Assembly: GCF_009914755.1 (NCBI RefSeq)
Contig: NC_060933.1
Reading direction: 5' to 3' (one strand)
DNA: 64,000 nucleotides
Source of the DNA: the human T2T-CHM13v2.0 reference genome, Homo sapiens
The notes below the pieces were generated by a model that was given only the letters and a program-made list of their open reading frames with translations, ran no database searches and was not told the DNA's origin. This document shows, piece after piece, positions 12,301 to 25,300 of this stretch. Each line of letters starts with the position of its first letter. The stretch's first letter is position 1. Both the position numbers and the translations under genes were made by a program.

Positions 12301-14437
12301 CTCAGAAACTTGTTTGTGATGTGTGTATTCAACTAACAGAGATGAACCTTTCTTTTTACAGAGCAGTTTTGAAACACTCTTTTTGTGGAATCTGAAAGTG
12401 GATATTTGGATAGCTTTGAGGATTTCGTTGGAAACGGGATTACATATAAAACCTAGAGAGAAGCATTCTCAGGAACTTCTTTGTGATGTTTGCATTCAAG
12501 TCACAGGACTGAACATTCCCTTTCATAGAGCAGGTTTGAAACACTCTTTCTGTAGTATCTGCAAGCTGACGTTTCAAGCGCTTTCAGGCCTATGGTGAGA
12601 AAGGAAATATCTTCAAGTAAAAACTAGACAGAAGCATTCTCAGAAACTTATTTGCCATGTGTGTTCTCAACTAACAGAGTTGAACCTTTGTTTTGATACG
12701 GCATTTTGGAAACACTCTTTTTGTAGAATCTGCAGGTGGATATTCGGATAGCTTTGAAGGTTTCGTTGGAAACGGGAATATCTTCATATAAAATCTACAC
12801 GGAAGCATTCTCAGAAACTGCTTTGTGATGTTTTCATTCAAGTCACAGAGTAGAATGTTCCCTGTTATATACCAGGTTTGAGACACTCTTTCTGCACTAC
12901 CTGGAAGTGGACGTTTGGAGGGCTTTGAGGCCTATGTTGAAAAAGGAAATATCTTCCCATAAAAACTAGACAGAAGCATTCTCAGAAACTTGTTTGTGAT
13001 GTGTGTATTCAACTAACAGGGATGAACCTTTCTTATTACAGTGCAGTTTTGAAACACTCTTTTTGTGGAATCTGAAAGTGGATATTTGGATAGCTTTGAG
13101 GATTTCGTTGGAAACGGGATTACATATAAAACCTAGAGAGAAGCATTCTCAGGAACTTCTTTGTGATGTTTGCATTCAAGTCACAGAACTGAACATTCCC
13201 TTTCATAGAGCATGTTTGAAACACTCTTTCTGTAGTATCTGCAAACGGACATTTCAAACGCTTTCAGGCCTATGGTGAGAAAGGAAATATCTTCAAATAA
13301 AAACTAGACAGAAGCATTCTCAGAAACTTGTTTGCGATGTGTTTCCTCAACTAACAGAGTTGAACCTTTCTTTTGATACAACATTTTGGAAACACTCTTT
13401 TTGTAGAATCTGCAAGTGGATATTTGGATAGCTTTGAAGGTTTCTTTGGAAACGGGAATATCTTCATATAAAATCAAGACAGAAGCATTCTCAGAAACTT
13501 CTCTGTGATGTTTGCATTCAACTCATAGAGTTGAACACTTCCCTTCATACAGCAGGTTTGAAACACTCTTTTTGTAATATTTGGAAGTGGACATTTGCAG
13601 CGCTTTGAGGCCTATGATGAAAAAGGTAATATCTTCCCATAAAAACTAGACAGAAGCATTCTCAGAAACTTGTTTGTGATGTGTGTATTCAACTAACAGA
13701 GATGAACCTTTCTTTTTACAGAGCAGTTTTGAAACACTCTTTTTGTGGAATCTGAAAGTGGATATTTGGATAGCTTTGCGGATTTCGTTGGAAACGGGAT
13801 TACATATAAAATCTAGGGAGAAGCATTCTCAGGAACTTCTTTGTGATGTTTGCATTCAAGTCACAGAACTGAACATTCCCTTTCATAGAGCAGGTTTGAA
13901 ACACTCTTTCTGTAGTATCTGCAAGCGGACGTCTTAAGCGCTTTCAGGCCTGTGGTGAGAAAGGAAATATCTTCAAATAAAAACTAGACAGAAGCATTCT
14001 CAGAAACTTATTTGCGATGTGTGTCCTCAACTAACAGAGTTGAACCTTTCTTTTGATACAACATTTTGGAAACACTCTTTTTGTAGAATCTGCAAGTGGA
14101 TATTTGGATAGCTTTGAAGGTTTCGTTGTAAACGGGAATATCTTCATATGAAATCAAGACAGAAGCATTCTCAGAAACTTCTCTGTGATGTTTGCATTCA
14201 ACTCATAGAGTTGAACACTTCCCTTCATACAGCAGGTTTGAAACACTCTTTTTCTAATATTTGGAAGTGGACATTTGCAGCGCTTTGAGGCCTATGTTGA
14301 AAAAGGAAATATCTTCTCCTAAAAACCAGACAGAAGCATTCTCAGAAACTTCCTTGTGATGTGTGTACTCAAGTAACAGAGTTGAACCTTCATTTTGACA
14401 GAGCAGTTTTGAAGCACTCTTTTTGTAGAATCTGCAA

Positions 14438-16309
14438 GTGGATATTTTGATACCTTTGAGGATTTCGTTAGACACGGGATATCTTCATATAAAATCTAGA
14501 CAGAAGCATTCTCAGAAACTTCTTTGTGCTGTATGTCCTCAATTAACAGAGTTGAACCTTTGTGTGGATACAGCATTTTGGAAACATTCCTTTAGTAGAA
14601 TCTGCAAGTTGATATTTAGATAGCTAGGAAGATTTCCTTGGAAACGGGAATATCTTCATATAAAATCTAGACGGAAGCATTCTCAGAAAGTGCTTTGTGA
14701 TGTTTGCATTCAAGTCACAGAGTTGAATATTCCCTTTTATAGAGCAGGTTTGAAACACTCTTTCTGCACTACCTGGAAGTGGACATTTGGAGCGCTTTGA
14801 GGCCTATGTTGAAAAAGGAAATATCTTCCCATAAAAACTAGACAGAAGCATTCTCAGAAATTTGTTTGTGATGTGTGTATTCAACTAACAGAGATGAACC
14901 TTTCTTTTTACAGAGCAGTTTTGAAACACTCTTTTTGTGGATTCTGAAAGTGGATATTTGGATAGCTTTGAGGATTTCGTTGGAAACGGGATTACATATA
15001 AAACCTAGAGAGAAGCATTCTCAGGAACTTCTTTGTGATGTTTGCATTCAAGTCACAGAACTGAACATTCCCTTTCATAGAGCAGGTTTGAAACACTCTT
15101 TCTGTAGTATCTGCAAGCTGACGTTTCAAGCGCTTTCAGGCCTATGGTGAGAAAGGAAATATCTTCAAGTAAAAACTAGACAGAAGCATTCTCAGAAACT
15201 TATTTGCGATGTGTGTTCTCAACTAACAGAGTTGAACCTTTGTTTTGATATGGCATTTTGGAAACACTCTTTTTGTAGAATCTGCAGGTGGATATTCGGA
15301 TAGCTTTGAACGTTTCGTTGGAAACGGGAATATCTTCATATAAAATCTAGACGGAAGCATTCTCAGAAACTGCTTTGTGATGTTTTCATTCAAGTCACAG
15401 AGTAGAATGTTCCCCGTTATATACCAGGTTTGAGACACTCTTTCTGCACTACCTGGAAGTGGACATTTGGAGCGCTTTGAGGCCTATGATGAAGAAGGAA
15501 ATATCTTCCCATAAAAACTAGACAGAAGCATTCTCAGAAACTTGTTTGTGATGTGTGTATTCAACTAACAGAGATGAACCTTTCTTTTTACAGAGCAGTT
15601 TTGAAACACTCTTTTTGTGGAATCTGAAAGTGGATATTTGGATAGCTTTGCGGATTTCGTTGGAAACGGGATTACATATAAAATCTAGGGAGAAGCATTC
15701 TCAGGAACTTCTTTGTGATGTTTGCTTTCAAGTCACAGAACTGAACATTCCCTTTCATAGAGCAGGTTTGAAACACTCTTTCTGTAGTATCTGCAAGCGG
15801 ACGTTTTAAGCGCTTTCAGGCCTGTGGTGAGAAAGGAAATATCTTCAAATAAAAACTAGACAGAAGCATTCTCAGAAACTTATTTGCGATGTGTGTCCTC
15901 AACTAACAGAGTTGAACCTTTCTTTTGATACAACATTTTGGAAACACTCTTTTTGTAGAATCTGCAAGTGGATATTTGGATAACTTTGAAGGTTTCGTTG
16001 GAAACGGGAATATCTTCATATGAAATCAAGACAGAAGCATTCTCAGAAACTTCTCTGTGATGTTTGCATTCAACTCATAGAGTTGAACACTTCCCTTCAT
16101 ACAGCAGGTTTGAAACACTCTTTTTCTAATATTTGGAAGTGGACATTTGCAGCGCTTTGAGGCCTATGTTGAAAAAGGAAATATCTTCTCCTAAAAACCA
16201 GACAGAAGCATTCTCAGAAACTTCCTTGTGATGTGTGTACTCAAGTAACAGAGTTGAACCTTCCTTTTGACAGAGCAGTTTTGAAGCACTCTTTTTGTAG
16301 AATCTGCAA
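14438..16309 (+). repeat. 11-mer HOR variant (1872 bp = 15-mer minus one tetramer)
   Basis: Landmark interval is 1872. The tetramer at 14875 is followed directly by the gcggatttc/tctaggga-type segment at 15555. Confidence 0.93.
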
Positions 16310-19300
16310 GTGGATATTTTGATACCTTTGAGGATTTCGTTGGACACGGGATATCTTCATATAAAATCTAGACAGAAGCATTCTCAGAAACTTCTTTGTG
16401 CTGTATGTCCTCAATTAACAGAGTTGAACCTTTGTGTGGATACAGCATTTTGGAAACATTCCTTTAGAAGAATCTGCAAGTTGATATTTAGATAGCTAGG
16501 AAGATTTCCTTGGAAACGGGAATATCTTCATATAAAATCTAGACGGAAGCATTCTCAGAAAGTGCTTTGTGATGTTTGCATTCAAGTCACAGAGTTGAAT
16601 ATTCCCTTTTATAGAGCAGGTTTGAAACACTCTTTCTGCACTACCTGGAAGTGGACATTTGGAGCGCTTTGAGGCCTATGTTGAAAAAGGAAATATCTTC
16701 CCATAAAAACTAGACAGAAGCATTCTCAGAAACTTGTTTGTGATGTGTGTATTCAACTAACAGAGATGAACCTTTCTTTTTACAGAGCAGTTTTGAAACA
16801 CTCTTTTTGTGGAATCTGAAAGTGGATATTTGGATAGCTTTGAGGATTTCGTTGGAAACGGGATTACATATAAAACCTAGAGAGAAGCATTCTCAGGAAC
16901 TTCTTTGTGATGTTTGCCTTCAAGTCACAGGACTGAACATTCCCTTTCATAGAGCAGGTTTGAAACACTCTTTCTGTAGTATCTGCAAGCTGACGTTTCA
17001 AGCGCTTTCAGGCCTATGGTGAGAAAGGAAATATCTTCAAGTAAAAACTAGACAGAAGCATTCTCAGAAACTTATTTGCCATGTGTGTTCTCAACTAACA
17101 GAGTTGAACCTTTGTTTTGATACGGCATTTTGGAAACACTCTTTTTGTAGAATCTGCAGGTGGATATTCGGATAGCTTTGAAGGTTTCGTTGGAAACGGG
17201 AATATCTTCATATAAAATCTAGACGGAAGCATTCTCAGAAACTGCTTTGTGATGTTTTCATTCAAGTCACAGAGTAGAATCTTCCCTGTTATATACCAGG
17301 TTTCAGACACTCTTTCTGCACTACCTGGAAGTGGACATTTGCAGCGCTTTGAGGCCTATGATGAAAAAGGAAATATCTTCCCATAAAAACTAGACAGAAG
17401 CATTCTCAGAAACTTGTTTGTGATGTGTGTATTCAACTAACAGAGATGAACCTTTCTTTTTACAGAGCAGTTTTGAAACACTCTTTTTGTGGAATCTGAA
17501 AGTGGATATTTGGATAGCTTTGAGGATTTCGTTGGAAACGGGATTACATATAAAATCTAGAGAGAAGCATTCTCAGGAACTTCTTTGTGATGTTTGCATT
17601 CACGTCACAGAACTGAACATTCCCTTTCATAGAGCATGTTTGAAACACTCTTTCTGTAGTATCTGCAAACGGACATTTCAAACGCTTTCAGGCCTATGGT
17701 GAGAAAGGAAATATCTTCAAATAAAAACTAGACAGAAGCATTCTCAGAAACTTATTTGCGATGTGTGTCCTCAACTAACAGAGTTGAACCTTTCTTTTGA
17801 TACAACATTTTGGAAACACTCTTTTTGTGGAATCTGCAAGTGGATATTTGGATAGCTTTGAAGATTTCGTTGGAAACGGGAATATCTTCATATAAAATCA
17901 AGACAGAAGCATTCTCAGAAACTTCTCTGTGATGTTTGCATTCAACTCATAGAGTTGAACACTTCCCTTCATACAGCAGGTTTGAAACACTCTTTTTGTA
18001 ATATTTGGAAGTGGACATTTGCAGCGCTTTGAGGCCTATGATGAAAAAGGTAATATCTTCCCATAAAAACTAGACAGAAGCATTCTCAGAAACTTGTTTG
18101 TGATGTGTGTATTCAACTAACAGAGATGAACCTTTCTTTTTACAGAGCAGTTTTGAAACACTCTTTTTGTGGAATCTGAAAGTGGATATTTGGATAGCTT
18201 TGCGGATTTCGTTGGAAACGGGATTACATTTAAAATCTAGGGAGAAGCATTATCAGGAACTTCTTTGTGATGTTTGCATTCAAGTCACAGAACTGAACAT
18301 TCCCTTTCATAGAGCAGGTTTGAAACACTCTTTCTGTAGTATCTGCAAGCGGACGTTTTAAGCGCTTTCAGGCCTGTGGTGAGAAAAGAAATATCTTCAA
18401 ATAAAAACTAGACAGAAGCATTCTCAGAAACTTATTTGCGATGTGTGTCCTCAACTAACAGAGTTGAACCTTTCTTTTGATACAACATTTTGGAAACACT
18501 CTTTTTGTAGAATCTGCAAGTGGATATTTGGATAGCTTTGAAGGTTTCGTTGGAAACGGGAATATCTTCATATGAAATCAAGACAGAAGCATTCTCAGAA
18601 ACTTCTCTGTGATGTTTGCATTCAACTCATAGAGTTGAACATTTCCCTTCATACAGCAGGTTTGAAACACTCTTTTTGTAATATTTGGAAGTGGACATTT
18701 GCAGCGCTTTGAGGCCTATGTTGAAAAAGGAAATATCTTCTCCTAAAAACCAGACAGAAGCATTCTCAGAAACTTCCTTGTGATGTGTGTACTCAAGTAA
18801 CAGAGTTGAACCTTCCTTTTGACAGAGCAGTTTTCAAGCACTCTTTTTGTAGAATCTGCAAGTGGATATTTTGATACCTTTGAGGATTTCGTTGGACACG
18901 GGATATCTTCATATAAAATCTAGACAGAAGCATTCTCAGAAACTTCTTTGTGCTGTATGTCCTCAATTAACAGAGTTGAACCTTTGTGTGGATACAGCAT
19001 TTTGGAAACATTCCTTTAGTAGAATCTGCAAGTTGATATTTAGATAGCTAGGAAGATTTCCTTGGAAACGGGAATATCTTCATATAAAATCTAGACGGAA
19101 GCATTCTCAGAAAGTGCTTTGTGATGTTTGCATTCAAGTCACAGAGTTGAATATTCCCTTTTATAGAGCAGGTTTGAAACACTCTTTCTGCACTACCTGG
19201 AAGTGGACATTTGGAGCGCTTTGAGGCCTATGTTGAAAAAGGAAATATGTTCCCATAAAAACTGGACAGAAGCATTCTCAGAAACTTGTTTGTGATGTGT

Positions 19301-22300
19301 GTATTCAACTAACAGAGATGAACCTTTCTTTTTACAGAGCAGTTTTGAAACACTCTTTTTGTGGAATCTGAAAGTGGATATTTGGATAGCTTTGAGGATT
19401 TCGTTGGAAACGGGATTACATATAAAACCTAGAGAGAAGCATTCTCAGGAACTTCTTTGTGATGTTTGCATTCAAGTCACAGGACTGAACATTCCCTTTC
19501 ATAGAGCAGGTTTGAAACACTCTTTCTGTAGTATCTGCAAGCTGACGTTTCAAGCGCTTTCAGGCCTATGGTGGGAAAGGAAATATCTTCAAGTAAAAAC
19601 TAGACAGAAGCATTCTCAGAAACTTATTTGCCATGTGTGTTCTCAACTAACAGAGTTGAACCTTTGTTTTGATACGGCATTTTGGAAACACTCTTTTTGT
19701 AGAATCTGCAGGTGGATATTCGGATAGCTTTGAAGGTTTCGTTGGAAACGGGAATATCTTCATATAAAATCTAGACGGAAGCATTCTCAGAAAGTGCTTT
19801 GTGATGTTTGCATTCAAGTCACAGAGTAGAATGTTCCCTGTTATATACCAGGTTTGAGACACTCTTTCTGCACTACCTGGGAGTGGACGTTTGGAGCGCT
19901 TTGAGGCCTATGTTGAAAAAGGAAATATCTTCCCATAAAAACTAGACAGAAGCATTCTCAGAAACTTGTTTGTGATGTGTGTATTCAACTAACAGGGATG
20001 AACCTTTCTTATTACAGAGCAGTTTTGAAACACTCTTTTTGTGGACTCTGAAAGTGGATATTTGGATAGCTTTGAGGATTTCGTTGGAAACGGGATTACA
20101 TATAAAACCTAGAGAGAAGCATTCTCAGGAACTTCTTTGTGATGTTTGCATTCAAGTCACAGAACTGAACATTCCCTTTCATAGAGCATGTTTGAAACAC
20201 TCTTTCTGTAGTATCTGCAAACGGACATTTCAAACGCTTTCAGGCCTATGGTGAGAAAGGAAATATCTTCAAATAAAAACTAGACAGAAGCATTCTCAGA
20301 AACTTGTTTGCGATGTGTTTCCTCAACTAACAGAGTTGAACCTTTCTTTTGATACAACATTTTGGAAACACTCTTTTTGTAGAATCTGCAAGTGGATATT
20401 TGGATAGCTTTGAAGGTTTCTTTGGAAACGGGAATATCTTCATATAAAATCAAGACAGAAGCATTCTCAGAAACTTCTCTGTGATGTTTGCATTCAACTC
20501 ATAGAGTTGAACACTTCCCTTCATACAGCAGGTTTGAAACACTCTTTTTGTAATATTTGGAAGTGGACATTTGCAGCGCTTTGAGGCCTATGATGAAAAA
20601 GGTAATATCTTCCCATAAAAACTAGACAGAAGCATTCTCAGAAACTTGTTTGTGATGTGTGTATTCAACTAACAGAGATGAACCTTTCTTTTTACAGAGC
20701 AGTTTTGAAACACTCTTTTTGTGGAATCTGAAAGTGGATATTTGGATAGCTTTGCGGATTTCGTTGGAAACGGGATTACATATAAAATCTAGGGAGAAGC
20801 ATTCTCAGGAACTTCTTTGTGATGTTTGCATTCAAGTCACAGAACTGAACATTCCCTTTCATAGAGCAGGTTTGAAACACTCTTTCTGTAGTATCTGCAA
20901 GCGGACGTTTTAAGCGCTTTCAGGCCTGTGGTGAGAAAGGAAATATCTTCAAATAAAAACTAGACAGAAGCATTCTCAGAAACTTATTTGCGATGTGTGT
21001 CCTCAACTAACAGAGTTGAACCTTTCTTTTGATACAACATTTTGGAAACACTCTTTTTGTAGAATCTGCAAGTGGATATTTGGATAGCTTTGAAGGTTTC
21101 GTTGGAAACGGGAATATCTTCATATGAAATCAAGACAGAAGCATTCTCAGAAACTTCTCTGTGATGTTTGCATTCAACTCATAGAGTTGAACACTTCCCT
21201 TCATACAGCAGGTTTGAAACACTCTTTTTCTAATATTTGGAAGTGGACATTTGCAGCGCTTTGAGGCCTATGTTGAAAAAGGAAATATCTTCTCCTAAAA
21301 ACCAGACAGAAGCATTCTCAGAAACTTCCTTGTGATGTGTGTACTCAAGTAACAGAGTTGAACCTTCCTTTTGACAGAGCAGTTTTGAAGCACTCTTTTT
21401 GTAGAATCTGCAAGTGGATATTTTGATACCTTTGAGGATTTCGTTGGACACGGGATATCTTCATATAAAATCTAGACAGAAGCATTCTCAGAAACTTCTT
21501 TGTGCTGTATGTCCTCAATTAACAGAGTTGAACCTTTGTGTGGATACAGCATTTTGGAAACATTCCTTTAGAAGAATCTGCAAGTTGATATTTAGATAGC
21601 TAGGAAGATTTCCTTGGAAACGGGAATATCTTCATATAAAATCTAGACGGAAGCATTCTCAGAAAGTGCTTTGTGATGTTTGCATTCAAGTCACAGAGTT
21701 GAATATTCCCTTTTATAGAGCAGGTTTGAAACACTCTTTCTGCACTACCTGGAAGTGGACATTTGGAGCGCTTTGAGGCCTATGTTGAAAAAGGAAATAT
21801 CTTCCCATAAAAACTAGACAGAAGCATTCTCAGAAACTTGTTTGTGATGTGTGTATTCAACTAACAGAGATGAACCTTTCTTTTTACAGAGCAGTTTTGA
21901 AACACTCTTTTTGTGGAATCTGAAAGTGGATATTTGGATAGCTTTGAGGATTTCGTTGGAAACGGGATTACATATAAAACCTAGAGAGAAGCATTCTCAG
22001 GAACTTCTTTGTGATGTTTGCCTTCAAGTCACAGGACTGAACATTCCCTTTCATAGAGCAGGTTTGAAACACTCTTTCTGTAGTATCTGCAAGCTGACGT
22101 TTCAAGCGCTTTCAGGCCTATGGTGAGAAAGGAAATATCTTCAAGTAAAAACTAGACAGAAGCATTCTCAGAAACTTATTTGCCATGTGTGTTCTCAACT
22201 AACAGAGTTGAACCTTTGTTTTGATACGGCATTTTGGAAACACTCTTTTTGTAGAAACTGCAGGTGGATATTCGGATAGCTTTGAAGGTTTCGTTGGAAA

Positions 22301-25300
22301 CGGGAATATCTTCATATAAAATCTAGACGGAAGCATTCTCAGAAACTGCTTTGTGATGTTTTCATTCAAGTCACAGAGTAGAATCTTCCCTGTTATATAC
22401 CAGGTTTCAGACACTCTTTCTGCACTACCTGGAAGTGGACATTTGCAGTGCTTTGAGGCCTATGATGAAAAAGGAAATATCTTCCCATAAAAACTAGACA
22501 GAAGCATTCTCAGAAACTTGTTTGTGATGTGTGTATTCAACTAACAGAGATGAACCTTTCTTTTTACAGAGCAGTTTTGAAACACTCTTTTTGTGGAATC
22601 TGAAAGTGGATATTTGGATAGCTTTGAGGATTTCGTTGGAAACGGGATTACATATAAAATCTAGAGAGAAGCATTCTCAGGAACTTCTTTGTGATGTTTG
22701 CATTCACGTCACAGAACTGAACATTCCCTTTCATAGAGCATGTTTGAAACACTCTTTCTGTAGTATCTGCAAACGGACATTTCAAACGCTTTCAGGCCTA
22801 TGGTGAGAAAGGAAATATCTTCAAATAAAAACTAGACAGAAGCATTCTCAGAAACTTATTTGCGATGTGTGTCCTCAACTAACAGAGTTGAACCTTTCTT
22901 TTGATACAACATTTTGGAAACACTCTTTTTGTGGAATCTGCAAGTGGATATTTGGATAGCTTTGAAGATTTCGTTGGAAACGGGAATATCTTCATATAAA
23001 ATCAAGACAGAAGCATTCTCAGAAACTTCTCTGTGATGTTTGCATTCAACTCATAGAGTTGAACACTTCCCTTCATACAGCAGGTTTGAAACACTCTTTT
23101 TGTAATATTTGGAAGTGGACATTTGCAGCGCTTTGAGGCCTATGATGAAAAAGGTAATATCTTCCCATAAAAACTAGACAGAAGCATTCTCAGAAACTTG
23201 TTTGTGATGTGTGTATTCAACTAACAGAGATGAACCTTTCTTTTTACAGAGCAGTTTTGAAACACTCTTTTTGTGGAATCTGAAAGTGGATATTTGTATA
23301 GCTTTGCGGATTTCGTTGGAAACGGGATTACATATAAAATCTAGGGAGAAGCATTATCAGGAACTTCTTTGTGATGTTTGCATTCAAGTCACAGAACTGA
23401 ACATTCCCTTTCATAGAGCAGGTTTGAAACACTCTTTCTGTAGTATCTGCAAGCGGACGTTTTAAGCGCTTTCAGGCCTGTGGTGAGAAAAGAAATATCT
23501 TCAAATAAAAACTAGACAGAAGCATTCTCAGAAACTTATTTGCGATGTGTGTCCTCAACTAACAGAGTTGAACCTTTCTTTTGATACAACATTTTGGAAA
23601 CACTCTTTTTGTAGAATCTGCAAGTGGATATTTGGATAGCTTTGAAGGTTTCGTTGGAAACGGGAATATCTTCATATGAAATCAAGACAGAAGCATTCTC
23701 AGAAACTTCTCTGTGATGTTTGCATTCAACTCATAGAGTTGAACACTTCCCTTCATACAGCAGGTTTGAAACACTCTTTTTGTAATATTTGGAAGTGGAC
23801 ATTTGCAGCGCTTTGAGGCCTATGTTGAAAAAGGAAATATCTTCTCCTAAAAACCAGACAGAAGCATTCTCAGAAACTTCCTTGTGATGTGTGTACTCAA
23901 GTAACAGATTGAACCTTCCTTTTGACAGAGCAGTTTTGAAGCACTCTTTTTGTAGAATCTGCAAGTGGATATTTTGATACCTTTGAGGATTTCGTTGGAC
24001 ACGGGATATCTTCATATAAAATCTAGACAGAAGCATTCTCAGAAACTTCTTTGTGCTGTATGTCCTCAATTAACAGAGTTGAACCTTTGTGTGGATACAG
24101 CATTTTGGAAACATTCCTTTAGTAGAATCTGCAAGTTGATATTTAGATAGCTAGGAAGATTTCCTTGGAAACGGGAATATCTTCATATAAAATCTAGACG
24201 GAAGCATTCTCAGAAAGTGCTTTGTGATGTTTGCATTCAAGTCACAGAGTTGAATATTCCCTTTTATAGAGCAGGTTTGAAACACTCTTTCTGCACTACC
24301 TGGAAGTGGACATTTGGAGCGCTTTGAGGCCTATGTTGAAAAAGGAAATATGTTCCCATAAAAACTGGACAGAAGCATTCTCAGAAACTTGTTTGTGATG
24401 TGTGTATTCAACTAACAGAGATGAACCTTTCTTTTTACAGAGCAGTTTTGAAACACTCTTTTTGTGGAATCTGAAAGTGGATATTTGGATAGCTTTGAGG
24501 ATTTCGTTGGAAACGGGATTACATATAAAACCTAGAGAGAAGCATTCTCAGGAACTTCTTTGTGATGTTTGCATTCAAGTCACAGGACTGAACATTCCCT
24601 TTCATAGAGCATGTTTGAAACACTCTTTCTGTAGTATCTGCAAGCTGACGTTTCAAGCGCTTTCAGGCCTATGGTGAGAAAGGAAATATCTTCAAGTAAA
24701 AACTAGACAGAAGCATTCTCAGAAACTTATTTGCCATGTGTGTTCTCAACTAACAGAGTTGAACCTTTGTTTTGATACGGCATTTTGGAAACACTCTTTT
24801 TGTAGAATCTGCAGGTGGATATTCGGATAGCTTTGAAGGTTTCGTTGGAAACGGGAATATCTTCATATAAAATCTAGACGGAAGCATTCTCAGAAACTGC
24901 TTTGTGATGTTTTCATTCAAGTCACAGAGTAGAATGTTCCCTGTTATATACCAGGTTTGAGACACTCTTTCTGCACTACCTGGAAGTGGACGTTTGGAGC
25001 GCTTTGAGGCCTATGTTGAAAAAGGAAATATCTTCCCATAAAAACTAGACAGAAGCATTCTCAGAAACTTGTTTGTGATGTGTGTATTCAACTAACAGGG
25101 ATGAACCTTTCTTATTACAGAGCAGTTTTGAAACACTCTTTTTGTGGAATCTGAAAGTGGATATTTGGATAGCTTTGAGGATTTCGTTGGAAACGGGATT
25201 ACATAGAAAACCTAGAGAGAAGCATTCTCAGGAACTTCTTTGTGATGTTTGCATTCAAGTCACAGAACTGAACATTCCCTTTCATAGAGCATGTTTGAAA

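Larger units (their letters stand above)
998..23964 (+). repeat. 22,967-bp super-repeat copy 1 (9 HORs: 15,15,19,15,15,11,15,15,15; boundaries are phase-arbitrary)
   Basis: Landmark intervals and private variants recur at +22,967, e.g. 2239/25206, 12798/35765, 13933/36900, 15726/38693 and the 1-bp deletion at 941/23908. Confidence 0.93.

Noticed and set aside
19299-19727. Longest ORF (142 aa) with repeated Cys/His motifs superficially like a zinc finger
   Set aside because: It arises from a single A>G at 19574 that removes a TGA and is absent in the duplicate (42541). The internal repetition is simply the 171-bp monomer read in frame.
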